From: Candidatus Micrarchaeota archaeon
GTDB taxonomy: Archaea > Micrarchaeota > Micrarchaeia > Norongarragalinales > SBBD01
DNA length: 64,000 nucleotides
Assembly (NCBI GenBank): GCA_041305345.1
Contig: JBFYLP010000006.1
Location: 369,601-433,600, forward strand
Direction: 5' to 3'
The translations under genes and the position numbers were made by a program. The notes beneath the pieces were generated by a model, which searched no databases, was not told the DNA's origin, and saw only the letters and a list, made by a program, of their open reading frames with translations. Shown here one piece after another: positions 36,098 through 44,996 of this stretch (positions within the stretch are counted from its first letter, which is position 1; every line of letters starts with the position of its first letter).

Positions 36098-36287
36098 AGT
36101 CCTTATCAGTTGCCCAAACCCCCTATTTGAATCGCGAATCAATCTGTGATTTGCTCCTGGCCCCTCCCAATTTGTTTTACGAATCACATTCATACCGCCG
36201 CAATCCTGTCAGTTGCATTGCAAAAAAGGCGTAGGCTTATTTCCCAACTAGTAAATTTTTGCAGCAGCTTCCTTTGCAGCAACAATC

Positions 36288-37337
36288 TTAGCCGCATCCG
36301 CCCAAGCTTTCGCAGCCAGAACCGCAGCAGCCGCCCTGCAGCTTTGCCTTCCTCAAATCCGCAACTGTCTTGCTCCTTGTTAAGAACATAGCGATCCTAA
36401 GTTCATCCTTCCACGAGCTTATTTCCCTTTGCACTGCACGGACCCCAGCCTCATCCTGCGCCTTCAGGAATGGAAGCGCAGCTCCTGATAGCGATGCGCC
36501 AAGCCTTATTGCCTTTGCAGCATCAAGCCCATTCCGGACTCCTCCGCTTGCAACCAACGGAACCTTTACGGCCTTCGAGCATTCGATCAGGCACTCCGCA
36601 GTCGGATTCCCCCAGTCCCAGAAAGCAGCGCCTGCCTTCGCGCCCTTCCTGAAAAGCTCTATTGCGCTCCACGAGGTCCCGCCTACTCCGGATACGTCGA
36701 TGGCCGCAACTCCCGCATCCTCAAGCTCCTTTGCTACATTTGCGCTAATGCCAGCGCCGGTTTCCTTAGCGATCACGGGCACATCAAGGAAATCGCACGC
36801 CTTTGCGATTCCAGGAAGAACCCCGGCCCAGTCCTTGTCGCCCTCGTGCTGCACCGCCTCCTGCAGGGGGTTTAGATGGATGCATAGTGCATCCGCGCCT
36901 ATGGAAGAAACCAGCATTTCCACCTGCCTAGCCGTATATTTTTTTAGCTGGAATGCGCCGATATTGCCAAATAGCATGACTTTAGGTGCAACGTCCCTCA
37001 CATTAAATGTTTTCAGGAGCCCGGGCTTTTCCAGCATCGCACGCTGCGACCCCAGCCCCAGGGGGATGCCTTCCATTTCCGCTGCAACAGCAAGGTCGCG
37101 GTTTATCTTTCCGGCTTTTTCATAACCACCCGTCATCGAGGCAATCATCAACGGGGCTGAAAGCTTGCGCCCAAGGAAAGTGCAGCCAAGGTCAATTTCG
37201 TTAAGGTCCATTTCGGGAAGCGAATGATGCTCGAAACGCACGGCCTCAAAGCCATTAGGCTGCCTTGATTCGATCTTCTCCTTAAGTGCAATCTCCACGT
37301 GCTGAAGCTTCCTGTTCCCAATTCCCATAAGTCTCAC
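36288..37337 (-). CDS. fni: type-2 (FMN-dependent) isopentenyl-diphosphate delta-isomerase with unusual Cys-rich C-terminal tail
   Basis: …LGLGSQRAML…, …IAKETGAGIS…, …GVGGTSWSAIE… are IDI-2 signatures. C-terminal tail LQGGCCGSGCESLGGCG. Confidence 0.8.
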   Translation of the reverse strand: MRLMGIGNRKLQHVEIALKEKIESRQPNGFEAVRFEHHSLPEMDLNEIDLGCTFLGRKLSAPLMIASMTGGYEKAGKINRDLAVAAEMEGIPLGLGSQRAMLEKPGLLKTFNVRDVAPKVMLFGNIGAFQLKKYTARQVEMLVSSIGADALCIHLNPLQEAVQHEGDKDWAGVLPGIAKACDFLDVPVIAKETGAGISANVAKELEDAGVAAIDVSGVGGTSWSAIELFRKGAKAGAAFWDWGNPTAECLIECSKAVKVPLVASGGVRNGLDAAKAIRLGASLSGAALPFLKAQDEAGVRAVQREISSWKDELRIAMFLTRSKTVADLRKAKLQGGCCGSGCESLGGCG

Positions 37338-37364
37338 TTCATCGGTTATGATTTTGGGCCATTT

Positions 37365-38549
37365 TTAAGCGTTGGTTTTGAGCATCTTTTCGACAGTTGC
37401 AGAAGATTCCCTCGCTGCCCCCGTTGAACCGAATTTCACTTCCAGAATGCGCAATTTCAGGGATTTCCAGAATTTTTCCAATTTTTTTGCATCATTTTCA
37501 TTCAAGCATATTGCGGCAATCGAGTCCCCCCCTCCCGCACCTGGCAATTTGCACACATACGCGCCCTTTGGCAACGATAGCTGTATGAGCCTGGTAAATT
37601 CCGCGCTTTCAACCTGCGCCTTCGCCAATTCGCCAAGCTTCTTAGTCAGCAATCTCGCATCATCGAAATGCGCCTTGAATTGCTGGAGGGCGATGGCTTT
37701 GTTAATCGGGATTTGGCTCAAATTGTCAATTGCCTCCACATTGGCATCATTGATTTCGGCCATCATCCCAAAGTATGTTTTCTTTTCCTTTTTCTTCAGC
37801 TCCGAAACCTTCCCAACCATTTCGGAGGTTGAGGCGGAAACGTTGGTGAACGCAAGCACCGGAATGAAATATTTCGGAAGGGAAACCGGCTCGATGGAAT
37901 AGTCCCATTCGCCCTCAATTGATTTCGCGAACGATTTTCCGGTTTGTTTTTGCATCCGGTCAATTATTTCGGGAGAATACCTCGAATATTTGACATTTCC
38001 ATATACTGCTGCTGCAATGTCGAATCCGCTGCCCGCCTTCCCCTGCGCCTGCGAATGCGAGAGCTGGGAGAGGTTGTTGAGGATGATTTTGCCTTTCTCG
38101 TTTTCAACATTTATTCCATTTGCACCCAAAATCGCCGCGACCGCTGCCACCGTAACCGCTGCGGAGCTTCCAAGACCGGTTTTCTTATTCCCGGTTCCAA
38201 AAGCGGCATCGGATATGGTCGCCAATTTAAAACCCGGAATTTTCCATTTCTTTCCTTGCAAATATTTTATGCAATTTTGTGCTGCTGAAATGACGAATTT
38301 CGCCTTTTGAATTGAATCAGAAGGTGCATGAACTAATAGTTTCCCTTTCTCAATTTTTCCACTCAATTTTACTCCTAACTGCGGAATCTTGAAAATAACC
38401 GTTTGACTTTTGCCCTCCTCGCATTTCGCATAAACCCGCTTGTCAACTACGGTAACAAGCGAAACGTTCCCCTTCTCAAGCACGGAATAGCCCCCCAGCC
38501 AGAGTATTTTTCCGGGCGCGGATGCATAGTAGACCATCGAATCAACCAC
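37365..38549 (-). CDS. phosphomevalonate kinase, ERG8-type GHMP kinase
   Basis: SAPGKILWLGGYSVLE, KTGLGSSAAVTVAAVAAI, AQGKAGSGFDIAAAVYG and LPGAGGGDSIAAI parallel yeast ERG8 motifs. Confidence 0.7.
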   Translation of the reverse strand: MVDSMVYYASAPGKILWLGGYSVLEKGNVSLVTVVDKRVYAKCEEGKSQTVIFKIPQLGVKLSGKIEKGKLLVHAPSDSIQKAKFVISAAQNCIKYLQGKKWKIPGFKLATISDAAFGTGNKKTGLGSSAAVTVAAVAAILGANGINVENEKGKIILNNLSQLSHSQAQGKAGSGFDIAAAVYGNVKYSRYSPEIIDRMQKQTGKSFAKSIEGEWDYSIEPVSLPKYFIPVLAFTNVSASTSEMVGKVSELKKKEKKTYFGMMAEINDANVEAIDNLSQIPINKAIALQQFKAHFDDARLLTKKLGELAKAQVESAEFTRLIQLSLPKGAYVCKLPGAGGGDSIAAICLNENDAKKLEKFWKSLKLRILEVKFGSTGAARESSATVEKMLKTNA

Positions 38550-39183
38550 TTTCCTCCATTTGCTTTTTCAGCGTTTCAATCCGTTCCAAATAGATTTTGA
38601 CCCTCCTGACCGTATCCGGAGGATACTTTTTTCTCCCCAGCTGTTCCTTCGCCAATTCGGGATCGAATAAACTGGGCAGCTTTGGGCTCGGATACAATTC
38701 AATGAAAATTGGGCCTTTTTTCGTTAAACCGATGTTGTAACAATTGTAATCAATCGGTATTCCTGCATTGTAAAACTTAGAGATCAGGTTATCGATTTGC
38801 CGGTTATCTACGATGCGCTTTATATGCATCGAACATTGCGGGCACGATTTCTTTTTTCCTGGTTTGTTTTTCTTCTTCCATTCGTGCAGAAAAAAATGCT
38901 CGGTCAGCGGATCGAACTTCTGATAAAGCGAAATATGCTGGCGATTTTTTAAATCGCCAAACCGGCCTGCCATATGGATGAATTTTCCCGGAAAAAGCAA
39001 TTCCGCAATCTTATGGACGTATGCGCCAATCTTGAAACTGATTCCGTTCTCGCTGCCAAAACGCTCGTTCTTCAGATGCTTAATCGCGAAGCGGCCGGAC
39101 CGGTATATGGTGCCTTCTGACCCTGCATTTACAACCTCCAGCTTCGAAAGTATCCTTTTCAACACAGGCACTTCATTCACCAA
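38542..39183 (-). CDS. uncharacterised small kinase-like protein (protein-kinase-like fold suspected) embedded in the mevalonate operon
   Basis: 213 aa. Gly-rich loop VVNAGSEGTIY followed by AIK, a candidate catalytic loop IDYNCYNIG (D-x4-N), and a CPQC pair. Both ends overlap the flanking genes (8 nt and 11 nt). Confidence 0.4.
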   Translation of the reverse strand: MVNEVPVLKRILSKLEVVNAGSEGTIYRSGRFAIKHLKNERFGSENGISFKIGAYVHKIAELLFPGKFIHMAGRFGDLKNRQHISLYQKFDPLTEHFFLHEWKKKNKPGKKKSCPQCSMHIKRIVDNRQIDNLISKFYNAGIPIDYNCYNIGLTKKGPIFIELYPSPKLPSLFDPELAKEQLGRKKYPPDTVRRVKIYLERIETLKKQMEESG

Positions 39184-40165
39184 TTGTTCTCGGCCCGCTT
39201 CCCACCTTGCAGACGATGGTTTGCTTTATTCCAGTTATTTTAGAAAGCATTTTTTGGACAGCCGATACGTTACTTTCCGTTGTGTAAATGTGCGCATTCG
39301 GTCCGGCATCGAACGTGTAGCCGCAGATTATGTTCTTTTGGTTCAGCAGCCTCATCTCTTCCATTATCTTCCCGCTGGTTGCGTTCAAATAGATAATTGG
39401 GGGCTGCGTGTCTGCCATGCAAGCGTGCATGCTATCCGAATCCATCATTGCTAAGGTTGCAAATTCCGGAAAATTCCTCTCCAATACCGCCTTTTTCATC
39501 GCATTTACCGTCTTACCTACTGTTTTCATCCTTTCCTTGAATAATTCCGAGGTCACAACCGTCTCCCTCATTCCGGCCCTGCTGGAAATTTTCTTTTTCT
39601 CCTGGTCAACAACTGCAATCACGTTCCTAAGTTCGGGCCAATGGTTTTCATCTGCCAACTGAACTGCGAATGAGTCCGAGCCGTCATTCTTCTCCCCTTT
39701 CTGCCATTCGACAAATCCGCCGTATACGGATCTGCAAGCTGAACCGCTTCCCAAACGGGCGAGAATGGATAATTCTTTCCCCGGCAAATGCAGATCCAAC
39801 GCAGCGTTAATTGCGAACGCCAACGCCGCATAACCAGAAGCGGAGGAGGCCATTCCCGCGGCAGTGGGAAAATAATTTTTTGAGCTGATTTTGGCATGCA
39901 TCTCAACATCATAATGCCCTCGCAAATAATGCAATACTTTCCTTACCCCATCCATTTCCACGCCTTCCAATTTCACTCCGTCCAATATGAGCTCATCTTC
40001 CCTCAGCCCCTTCTCGAAGCGGATTTCCGTTTCGGTCTTAAGCTGCTCATCCATCGTGAAACTAAGCGAGGAGTTTGTCGGGAGCATCAGCTTCTCGTCC
40101 CTCTTTCCCCAGTACTTCACAACCGCGATGTTTGGGGTTGCAATCACTTTTGCGTAGTTTTCCAT
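39173..40165 (-). CDS. mvaD: diphosphomevalonate decarboxylase family protein (MVD; PMD function not excluded)
   Basis: IATPNIAVVKYWGKRD and AAGMASSASGYAALA motifs. Start set at the internal Met (MENYAKV…) because the 5' extension of the ORF track is Pro-rich and non-conserved; TATA-like box at ~40195-40206. Confidence 0.75.
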   Translation of the reverse strand: MENYAKVIATPNIAVVKYWGKRDEKLMLPTNSSLSFTMDEQLKTETEIRFEKGLREDELILDGVKLEGVEMDGVRKVLHYLRGHYDVEMHAKISSKNYFPTAAGMASSASGYAALAFAINAALDLHLPGKELSILARLGSGSACRSVYGGFVEWQKGEKNDGSDSFAVQLADENHWPELRNVIAVVDQEKKKISSRAGMRETVVTSELFKERMKTVGKTVNAMKKAVLERNFPEFATLAMMDSDSMHACMADTQPPIIYLNATSGKIMEEMRLLNQKNIICGYTFDAGPNAHIYTTESNVSAVQKMLSKITGIKQTIVCKVGSGPRTIGE

Positions 40166-40268
40166 ATGATTAGCAGTAGTAATTCGCAAGGGAATTATAA
40201 ATAATCGCATCTTCGCTACCTGCCGAATGGAAACGTTAAAATAGCCGGTTAAACTTAGGGTTAAGGAG

Positions 40269-40733
40269 GTGGTTTGCGTGAAGAAGCTGGTCCTGCTATG
40301 CCTGTTGGCTTTCGGAATGATATTCCTAATAGATATGTGGACGAAGGGTGCGGGTGCCGGCGACGGAATGCAATTGATGGGGGACAGCGATGGCGGCCAG
40401 CGGATCAACCAAATCATCCTCGGTGGTGGCGCTGACGGATCCTCTCCATTGAAAGGCATCGAAAACGGAGGCCAGCGGATTGATAAAATCAGCTTCGGTG
40501 CCGGCTCGGATGGAAGTCCGCTGTTGAAGGATATTTTCGGAGCTTATTCGAGGATCTATTTCGGTGCAGGAAGCCAAACTCAAAAGGGCCAGCCGATTGA
40601 TGGGGGATCGCCAATAACGAGGATCAGCTTTGGTTTTGAGCCGTGGGGAAAGCCGAGTTCGAAGGTCAGCTTTGAACTTTCAATAGGCGCCGGGCGTCCG
40701 GTTCCCTTTCCGACAGATGGCGGGATGTACTGA
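40269..40733 (+). CDS. small secreted protein with three ~27-aa Gly-rich repeats
   Basis: Signal peptide, then repeats of GGQRI(N/D)xI(I/S)(L/F)G(G/A)G(A/S)DGS.PL. Confidence 0.4.
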   Translation: MVCVKKLVLLCLLAFGMIFLIDMWTKGAGAGDGMQLMGDSDGGQRINQIILGGGADGSSPLKGIENGGQRIDKISFGAGSDGSPLLKDIFGAYSRIYFGAGSQTQKGQPIDGGSPITRISFGFEPWGKPSSKVSFELSIGAGRPVPFPTDGGMY

Positions 40734-40739
40734 TTTTTT

Positions 40740-41492
40740 TTATTTAAATATTTTTATGAGGTCCAGCGGCTGCTTTACTCTCTGCGCCGCAACATATTTG
40801 TCATCCAGCTTCCCGTAGCCCCACTCCGCGAACAGCAGGTGCGCAAAGCCCATAAGCTTCTTTAGGTTGAAGGGGAAGTCGTCAAGAAAATAGTACTCGT
40901 GACCGGAGGAGGATGGTTTTGAAAACCGTTCCGAAAGCAGCCTTATTTGCAGGGATTTCACGTCCCTATTTGCCTTGCTGATTTCCGAACCCAATATCAA
41001 CTCGAAATATTTCTGCAAGCCGGAGCTTTCCAGGATAGGAACGAGTGAGTGCTTGTCGCGCGCACTCATAATGGCGTGGTGAATGCCGTTTTTTGAGAGA
41101 AGCTCAAGTGTTTCTGGAATTTTGGGGTAGAGCGAAACGGATTTGCAATATGCGACCGGGTCCTTTTCCATCAATTTGATGCGCTCCTCATCATAAACGC
41201 CGTCCATGTGCTTGAGGAAGGGTAAGTGCTGCTCGACGATGGTCTCTAAATTGCCAGGCGTCAGTTCCGTGTGCTTTTGATGCAGGACGTAGTTCGCAAA
41301 AAAGTCCATCGCATTGACCGATTTGGAGCGGTAAATCTCGAAGTCGTGAAGGGAAATAGGGAAAAAATCAATTATGCCTGCCTCCCTGGCGATGCGGGCC
41401 TTCTCGCGTTCAATTGCTGCAAGCGTGATGAGGTAGCACTCCTTCACGCTGTCGACAATGACGCCGTCGAAATCCCAGATTAGTATGCGCAT
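40740..41492 (-). CDS. HAD-superfamily hydrolase
   Basis: N-terminal WDFDGVIVDS (DxDGV motif I), downstream S/T and K/DD motifs. Confidence 0.6.
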   Translation of the reverse strand: MRILIWDFDGVIVDSVKECYLITLAAIEREKARIAREAGIIDFFPISLHDFEIYRSKSVNAMDFFANYVLHQKHTELTPGNLETIVEQHLPFLKHMDGVYDEERIKLMEKDPVAYCKSVSLYPKIPETLELLSKNGIHHAIMSARDKHSLVPILESSGLQKYFELILGSEISKANRDVKSLQIRLLSERFSKPSSSGHEYYFLDDFPFNLKKLMGFAHLLFAEWGYGKLDDKYVAAQRVKQPLDLIKIFK

Positions 41493-41521
41493 AGTATCAC
41501 CATATTTGAAAAAAAAGATCC

Positions 41522-41779
41522 TTAGAATATAAGGTTCCCCAGCATATTTTTCACTTCGGGAAGTTTTGCTTGATTGAGCGAAACCTGCTTTCCATAACTG
41601 GTCGGTTTGATGATTAAAAAGCCTTCTTTTAAGAGCCCCGAAATGGCCTCGTCAACAAGCGGATAATCATTTTTCACAAATCCTTTCCTCAGATTTTCAA
41701 TGGCGGTGTGCCTGCCGCCGATGTGTCCATGCCTCAACATTCTCCATAATATTTTCAATCTGAAATGGTCGCTTGCCAT
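41522..41779 (-). CDS. small hypothetical protein (possible winged-helix)
   Basis: 85-aa ORF divergent from the regulator-mvk unit. Confidence 0.3.
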   Translation of the reverse strand: MASDHFRLKILWRMLRHGHIGGRHTAIENLRKGFVKNDYPLVDEAISGLLKEGFLIIKPTSYGKQVSLNQAKLPEVKNMLGNLIF

Positions 41780-41832
41780 AATTAGTTATCAATGGCAAAA
41801 CCTTTTGAATGGGGCGGGGGGATGGCTTCGAT

Positions 41833-41898
41833 TAGTAGTAAAGTAATATTTAAGTGGTAGTAAGGTAACATTTATTAAGTAGAAAAGTATTATTTATG
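41833..41898 (+). promoter_or_regulatory. three tandem ~22-bp direct repeats in the divergent promoter upstream of the wHTH regulator-mvk unit
   Basis: tagtagtaaagtaatatttaag / tggtagtaaggtaacatttattaag / tagaaaagtattatttatg, ending 10 nt before the regulator ATG. Confidence 0.45.
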
Positions 41899-41908
41899 TG
41901 GTGGGAAA

Positions 41909-42250
41909 ATGCTTTCGAAATTGTTTGGGGATTCGGCATTGATCAAGGTGCTGGATTTCCTGCTGGATGAGTGGGAAACGGACTTTTCAACTGTGGAAGT
42001 TGCGGATGAGACGGGGCTTACTTGGAAAAGCGTTGCACCAATAATGCCGTATTTGGAGAAACAGGGAATGATAAGGAAAACCAGGACAATAGGGAGGGCG
42101 ACGATGTACAAGGTGAATGCGGCATCGCCACTCTTGCAGGAACTGAAAAAGCTCGACTTTTTAATTTCCGGCGGAAATCTTAATAGTGCGGGAGTGAAAA
42201 AGCCCGAGAGGGCGACGATCCGGATTATCCGGAAGAAGGGAAGCATATGA
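41909..42250 (+). CDS. winged-helix transcriptional regulator (TrmB/MarR-like), translationally coupled to mvk
   Basis: 113 aa; VEVADETGLTWKSVAPIMPYLEKQGMIRKTRTIGRATMY is a wHTH segment; its stop overlaps the mvk ATG (ATGA). Confidence 0.5.
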   Translation: MLSKLFGDSALIKVLDFLLDEWETDFSTVEVADETGLTWKSVAPIMPYLEKQGMIRKTRTIGRATMYKVNAASPLLQELKKLDFLISGGNLNSAGVKKPERATIRIIRKKGSI

Positions 42251-43305
42251 GAATAATCAATGCGAGCTCGCCGACGAAGGCGATAATTGCAGGGGAGCAT
42301 TCGGTGGTTTACGGAGGGCTGGCGATAGCTGCGCCGCTGAACAACCGGAAGAAGTGCGAGTGCACAATCGAGAAGGTCGAAGCGGGAAAGGGAGTGATAA
42401 TTGCTAGGGACATCGTTGGCAGCGGAAAATACTTCGCAAATGGCAATTACGAGGATGAGGATGGCTGGTTTCGGGCAAAGGCAAGGGCAATTGAGCACAT
42501 ATTGAAAACCGAGAAGCGAGGGATTGAGGACCTGCGGATCGGGATGAGTTTTTCTAGGAATGCGATCCCGAAAGGCACCGGCCATTCCGCAGCAACAGCA
42601 GCAGCATTGTCCCTTTGCATTTATTCCACGCTAGGAATTGCGCCCGGGATGCAGAAACTGTTCGATGCGGTGCAGGCATTCGAGGAAATCGCGCACGCTG
42701 GAAGGCCTTCGGGAATAGATGCCCAAACGGTGCTTTCGGATTTTGCGCTCAGGTTTCGGAAAAATTTCGGGAAGGGAGGCGATGCAAGATTTGAATTCGA
42801 AAAAGTGCAGCTGGAGCTGCCCGATGGCACCTCGCTGCTAGTTGTCAACACGCTAAAGAAGGGGGAAAACGCCGATGCGACAGGCGCATTGCTTGAAAAA
42901 TTTGCTAAAAACGCTGGATTTGGGAAAAGGCCTCCCGAGCTGAGCCAGGAAGAGCGGGTTACGATCACTGAGCGGTTTGATGTAATCGTTGAAAAAATCG
43001 GATCTGAGCTGAAAAGGGAGGGGGATGCAGAAAAGCTTGGCGCATTGCTCCTAAAAAACCACGGGCTGCTAAGGGAATTTGGGATGTCCTCGGACGGGAT
43101 AGAGGAAGCAATAAAAATTGCATTGGAAAAGGGGGCACTTGGCGCAAAGATAACGGGAGCTGGGGGAAGGGGAGGCGCGATACTTGCCCTTTGCAGGAAA
43201 AAGGATGCCGGAAAAATACTTCGCGCAATGAAGGAATTGGGAATGGGCGGGGCACGGGCCGAATTCTCTAGGAATGGGGCAATGATCGAAGGGGCGGCCA
43301 AGTAA
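42247..43305 (+). CDS. mvk: mevalonate kinase
   Basis: SSPTKAIIAGEHSVVYG (GHMP motif I), PKGTGHSAATAAALS (motif II), ITGAGGRGGAILAL (motif III). Confidence 0.8.
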   Translation: MRIINASSPTKAIIAGEHSVVYGGLAIAAPLNNRKKCECTIEKVEAGKGVIIARDIVGSGKYFANGNYEDEDGWFRAKARAIEHILKTEKRGIEDLRIGMSFSRNAIPKGTGHSAATAAALSLCIYSTLGIAPGMQKLFDAVQAFEEIAHAGRPSGIDAQTVLSDFALRFRKNFGKGGDARFEFEKVQLELPDGTSLLVVNTLKKGENADATGALLEKFAKNAGFGKRPPELSQEERVTITERFDVIVEKIGSELKREGDAEKLGALLLKNHGLLREFGMSSDGIEEAIKIALEKGALGAKITGAGGRGGAILALCRKKDAGKILRAMKELGMGGARAEFSRNGAMIEGAAK

Positions 43306-43357
43306 TGCACGGGGCCGGAGAAGGGAATGGCTTCCAACAAGGCCGGCGATGTGCGCA

Positions 43358-44086
43358 TCATTTCTTCCTTCCAAGGATGACCTCGAACTCCAATACCCGC
43401 TTCTTGAACTGGTCAGCAGCGGCGAACATGAGCATCCCACCAAGCACGATGCCAAGGGTGCCGGAGATTTTAAGCGCCTGCACAAGGCCCTGCACGCCAA
43501 AAGCCGAGGGCTCAACCAGGAATGGCCTAAGGATCCCTGGGATGAGTATCAAGACGCCCGCAATGTAAAGCGTTGGCGCCACGCGGACGACCTTTTGGAA
43601 TTCCATTGTGTAACTCCCAAAGTAAAAAAGCGCCAGCGAAAGCATGAACATCGCCGTTGTGAACAGGAGGTTGTTTAGCACCTCGCTAATGTCTAAAAGC
43701 TGGAAGCTTAGGTAAACCGACAGCCCCAGATACACGACGAGCACGGATGCCGCAACTCCCGAAATTTCCTTCTTTAGCTGCAGCGAGCGCATCTGATGTG
43801 CCAGGTATAGCAGAAGGAGGCACCCAAGTGAAAGGAGAACGATGAGCCCCGTTATTATCTTGTTCGAGAGGGGCACGTTCCCGAAAATGTACTGGTAAAA
43901 CAGGAATGAGGGATAAAGCAGGAGCAATGGAAGGATCAGGTACATAAGCTTCCAGCGCAGATGGTGGTGTTCCTGCTCATATCTCGCATCCTTCATGATA
44001 TCCTTGAGGATCATCCCCGAGATGCCAATGAATATCCAGCCTACGATTGAAAGCAAGTCCAGCCCAGCGTTCAGAAGATCTACCAT
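43358..44086 (-). CDS. polytopic membrane protein (~6 TM), hypothetical; coupled to MinD-like ATPase
   Basis: Start is 1 nt after the MinD stop; multiple hydrophobic helices. Confidence 0.4.
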   Translation of the reverse strand: MVDLLNAGLDLLSIVGWIFIGISGMILKDIMKDARYEQEHHHLRWKLMYLILPLLLLYPSFLFYQYIFGNVPLSNKIITGLIVLLSLGCLLLLYLAHQMRSLQLKKEISGVAASVLVVYLGLSVYLSFQLLDISEVLNNLLFTTAMFMLSLALFYFGSYTMEFQKVVRVAPTLYIAGVLILIPGILRPFLVEPSAFGVQGLVQALKISGTLGIVLGGMLMFAAADQFKKRVLEFEVILGRKK

Positions 44087-44087
44087 A

Positions 44088-44876
44088 TTAACTCAACCCC
44101 AAAATGTGTTTAATCCACCCAAGGAATTTTCCGATGAAAGACTCTGCCTCAATGGTCTCGATGGTGCTCCCGGAAATCAGGAGCGCAGAAAGCTTAAGCT
44201 TCTGCGACGCAGCGCCATACGGCCTATATAGCACCACGGGAAGCCGCGCTGCGATCGAGGCGGGCACGTTCTCGTCCTCAGGAATGTCGCAGAGCACCTT
44301 CACCTCCGACATGCTCTCAATTTCCTTGTTCGAAAGCTCATAATTAGAATTCGTCACCCGGTTCACGATGATCCCAAGCACCTCCGTTTTCACGCTCTTG
44401 CATAGCGCGACGATCTTGGAAGCGCTCGTTATCGATGGGATGTCGGCGGTCGTGACAATGACGATTTTCCTGCAAGCCTCGATTATCTCCTCCACGTCCT
44501 CGGTGATGCCAGGAGGCGAATCCACAATTACATAGTCGTAAGCATCCAGCGACTTGAAAGCGGTTTTTAGGTTCTTTAGCGTCACGTCCGGCTTATACTT
44601 AAGGCTCGCGGGAACAACGCGAAGGCCCGTCAGGGGATGGATCACGATGCCATCCGACATCTTGTTCCTTCCGGAAAGCACTTCCTGTATGCCAATTGGC
44701 GCATACGATAGCCCCAGATGGAGTGAAACAGACGGATTGCTCAAATCCGCATCAACGAGAACTACCTGCTTTCCCAGCTTGGCTAGCAGGGAAGATATGT
44801 TGACTGCAACCACGCTCTTACCAACGCCGCCTTTTCCGGAGATGATTCCAATTATCTCTGGGTCGCTTTCAGGCAT
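44088..44876 (-). CDS. MinD/ParA-family P-loop ATPase
   Basis: Deviant Walker A SGKGGVGKS, a DxD-containing motif (…VLVDADLSNPS…) and a Walker B-like segment (…DYVIVDSPPG…). Confidence 0.75.
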   Translation of the reverse strand: MPESDPEIIGIISGKGGVGKSVVAVNISSLLAKLGKQVVLVDADLSNPSVSLHLGLSYAPIGIQEVLSGRNKMSDGIVIHPLTGLRVVPASLKYKPDVTLKNLKTAFKSLDAYDYVIVDSPPGITEDVEEIIEACRKIVIVTTADIPSITSASKIVALCKSVKTEVLGIIVNRVTNSNYELSNKEIESMSEVKVLCDIPEDENVPASIAARLPVVLYRPYGAASQKLKLSALLISGSTIETIEAESFIGKFLGWIKHILGLS

Positions 44877-44996
44877 CGGCTCTCACCAAAGAAGAAAGCT
44901 CTCCCGATTTATAAGAGTATTGCCATTCGCAGCAATAAAAATGGGCGAAGGGCATATTTTGTAAGTGCAAGGCTTCACGCCGTAAATGCCAAAATG

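Noticed and set aside
36370-37125. 251-aa plus-strand ORF antisense to the IDI-2 gene
   Set aside because: IDI-2 motifs on the minus strand are unambiguous; the plus-strand translation is Ala/Ser/Pro-rich with no family resemblance.
38542-39183. Considered calling the 213-aa operon gene isopentenyl phosphate kinase
   Set aside because: No amino-acid-kinase family motifs are evident, and it is shorter than canonical IPK (~250-260 aa). It is left as an uncharacterised kinase-like protein.
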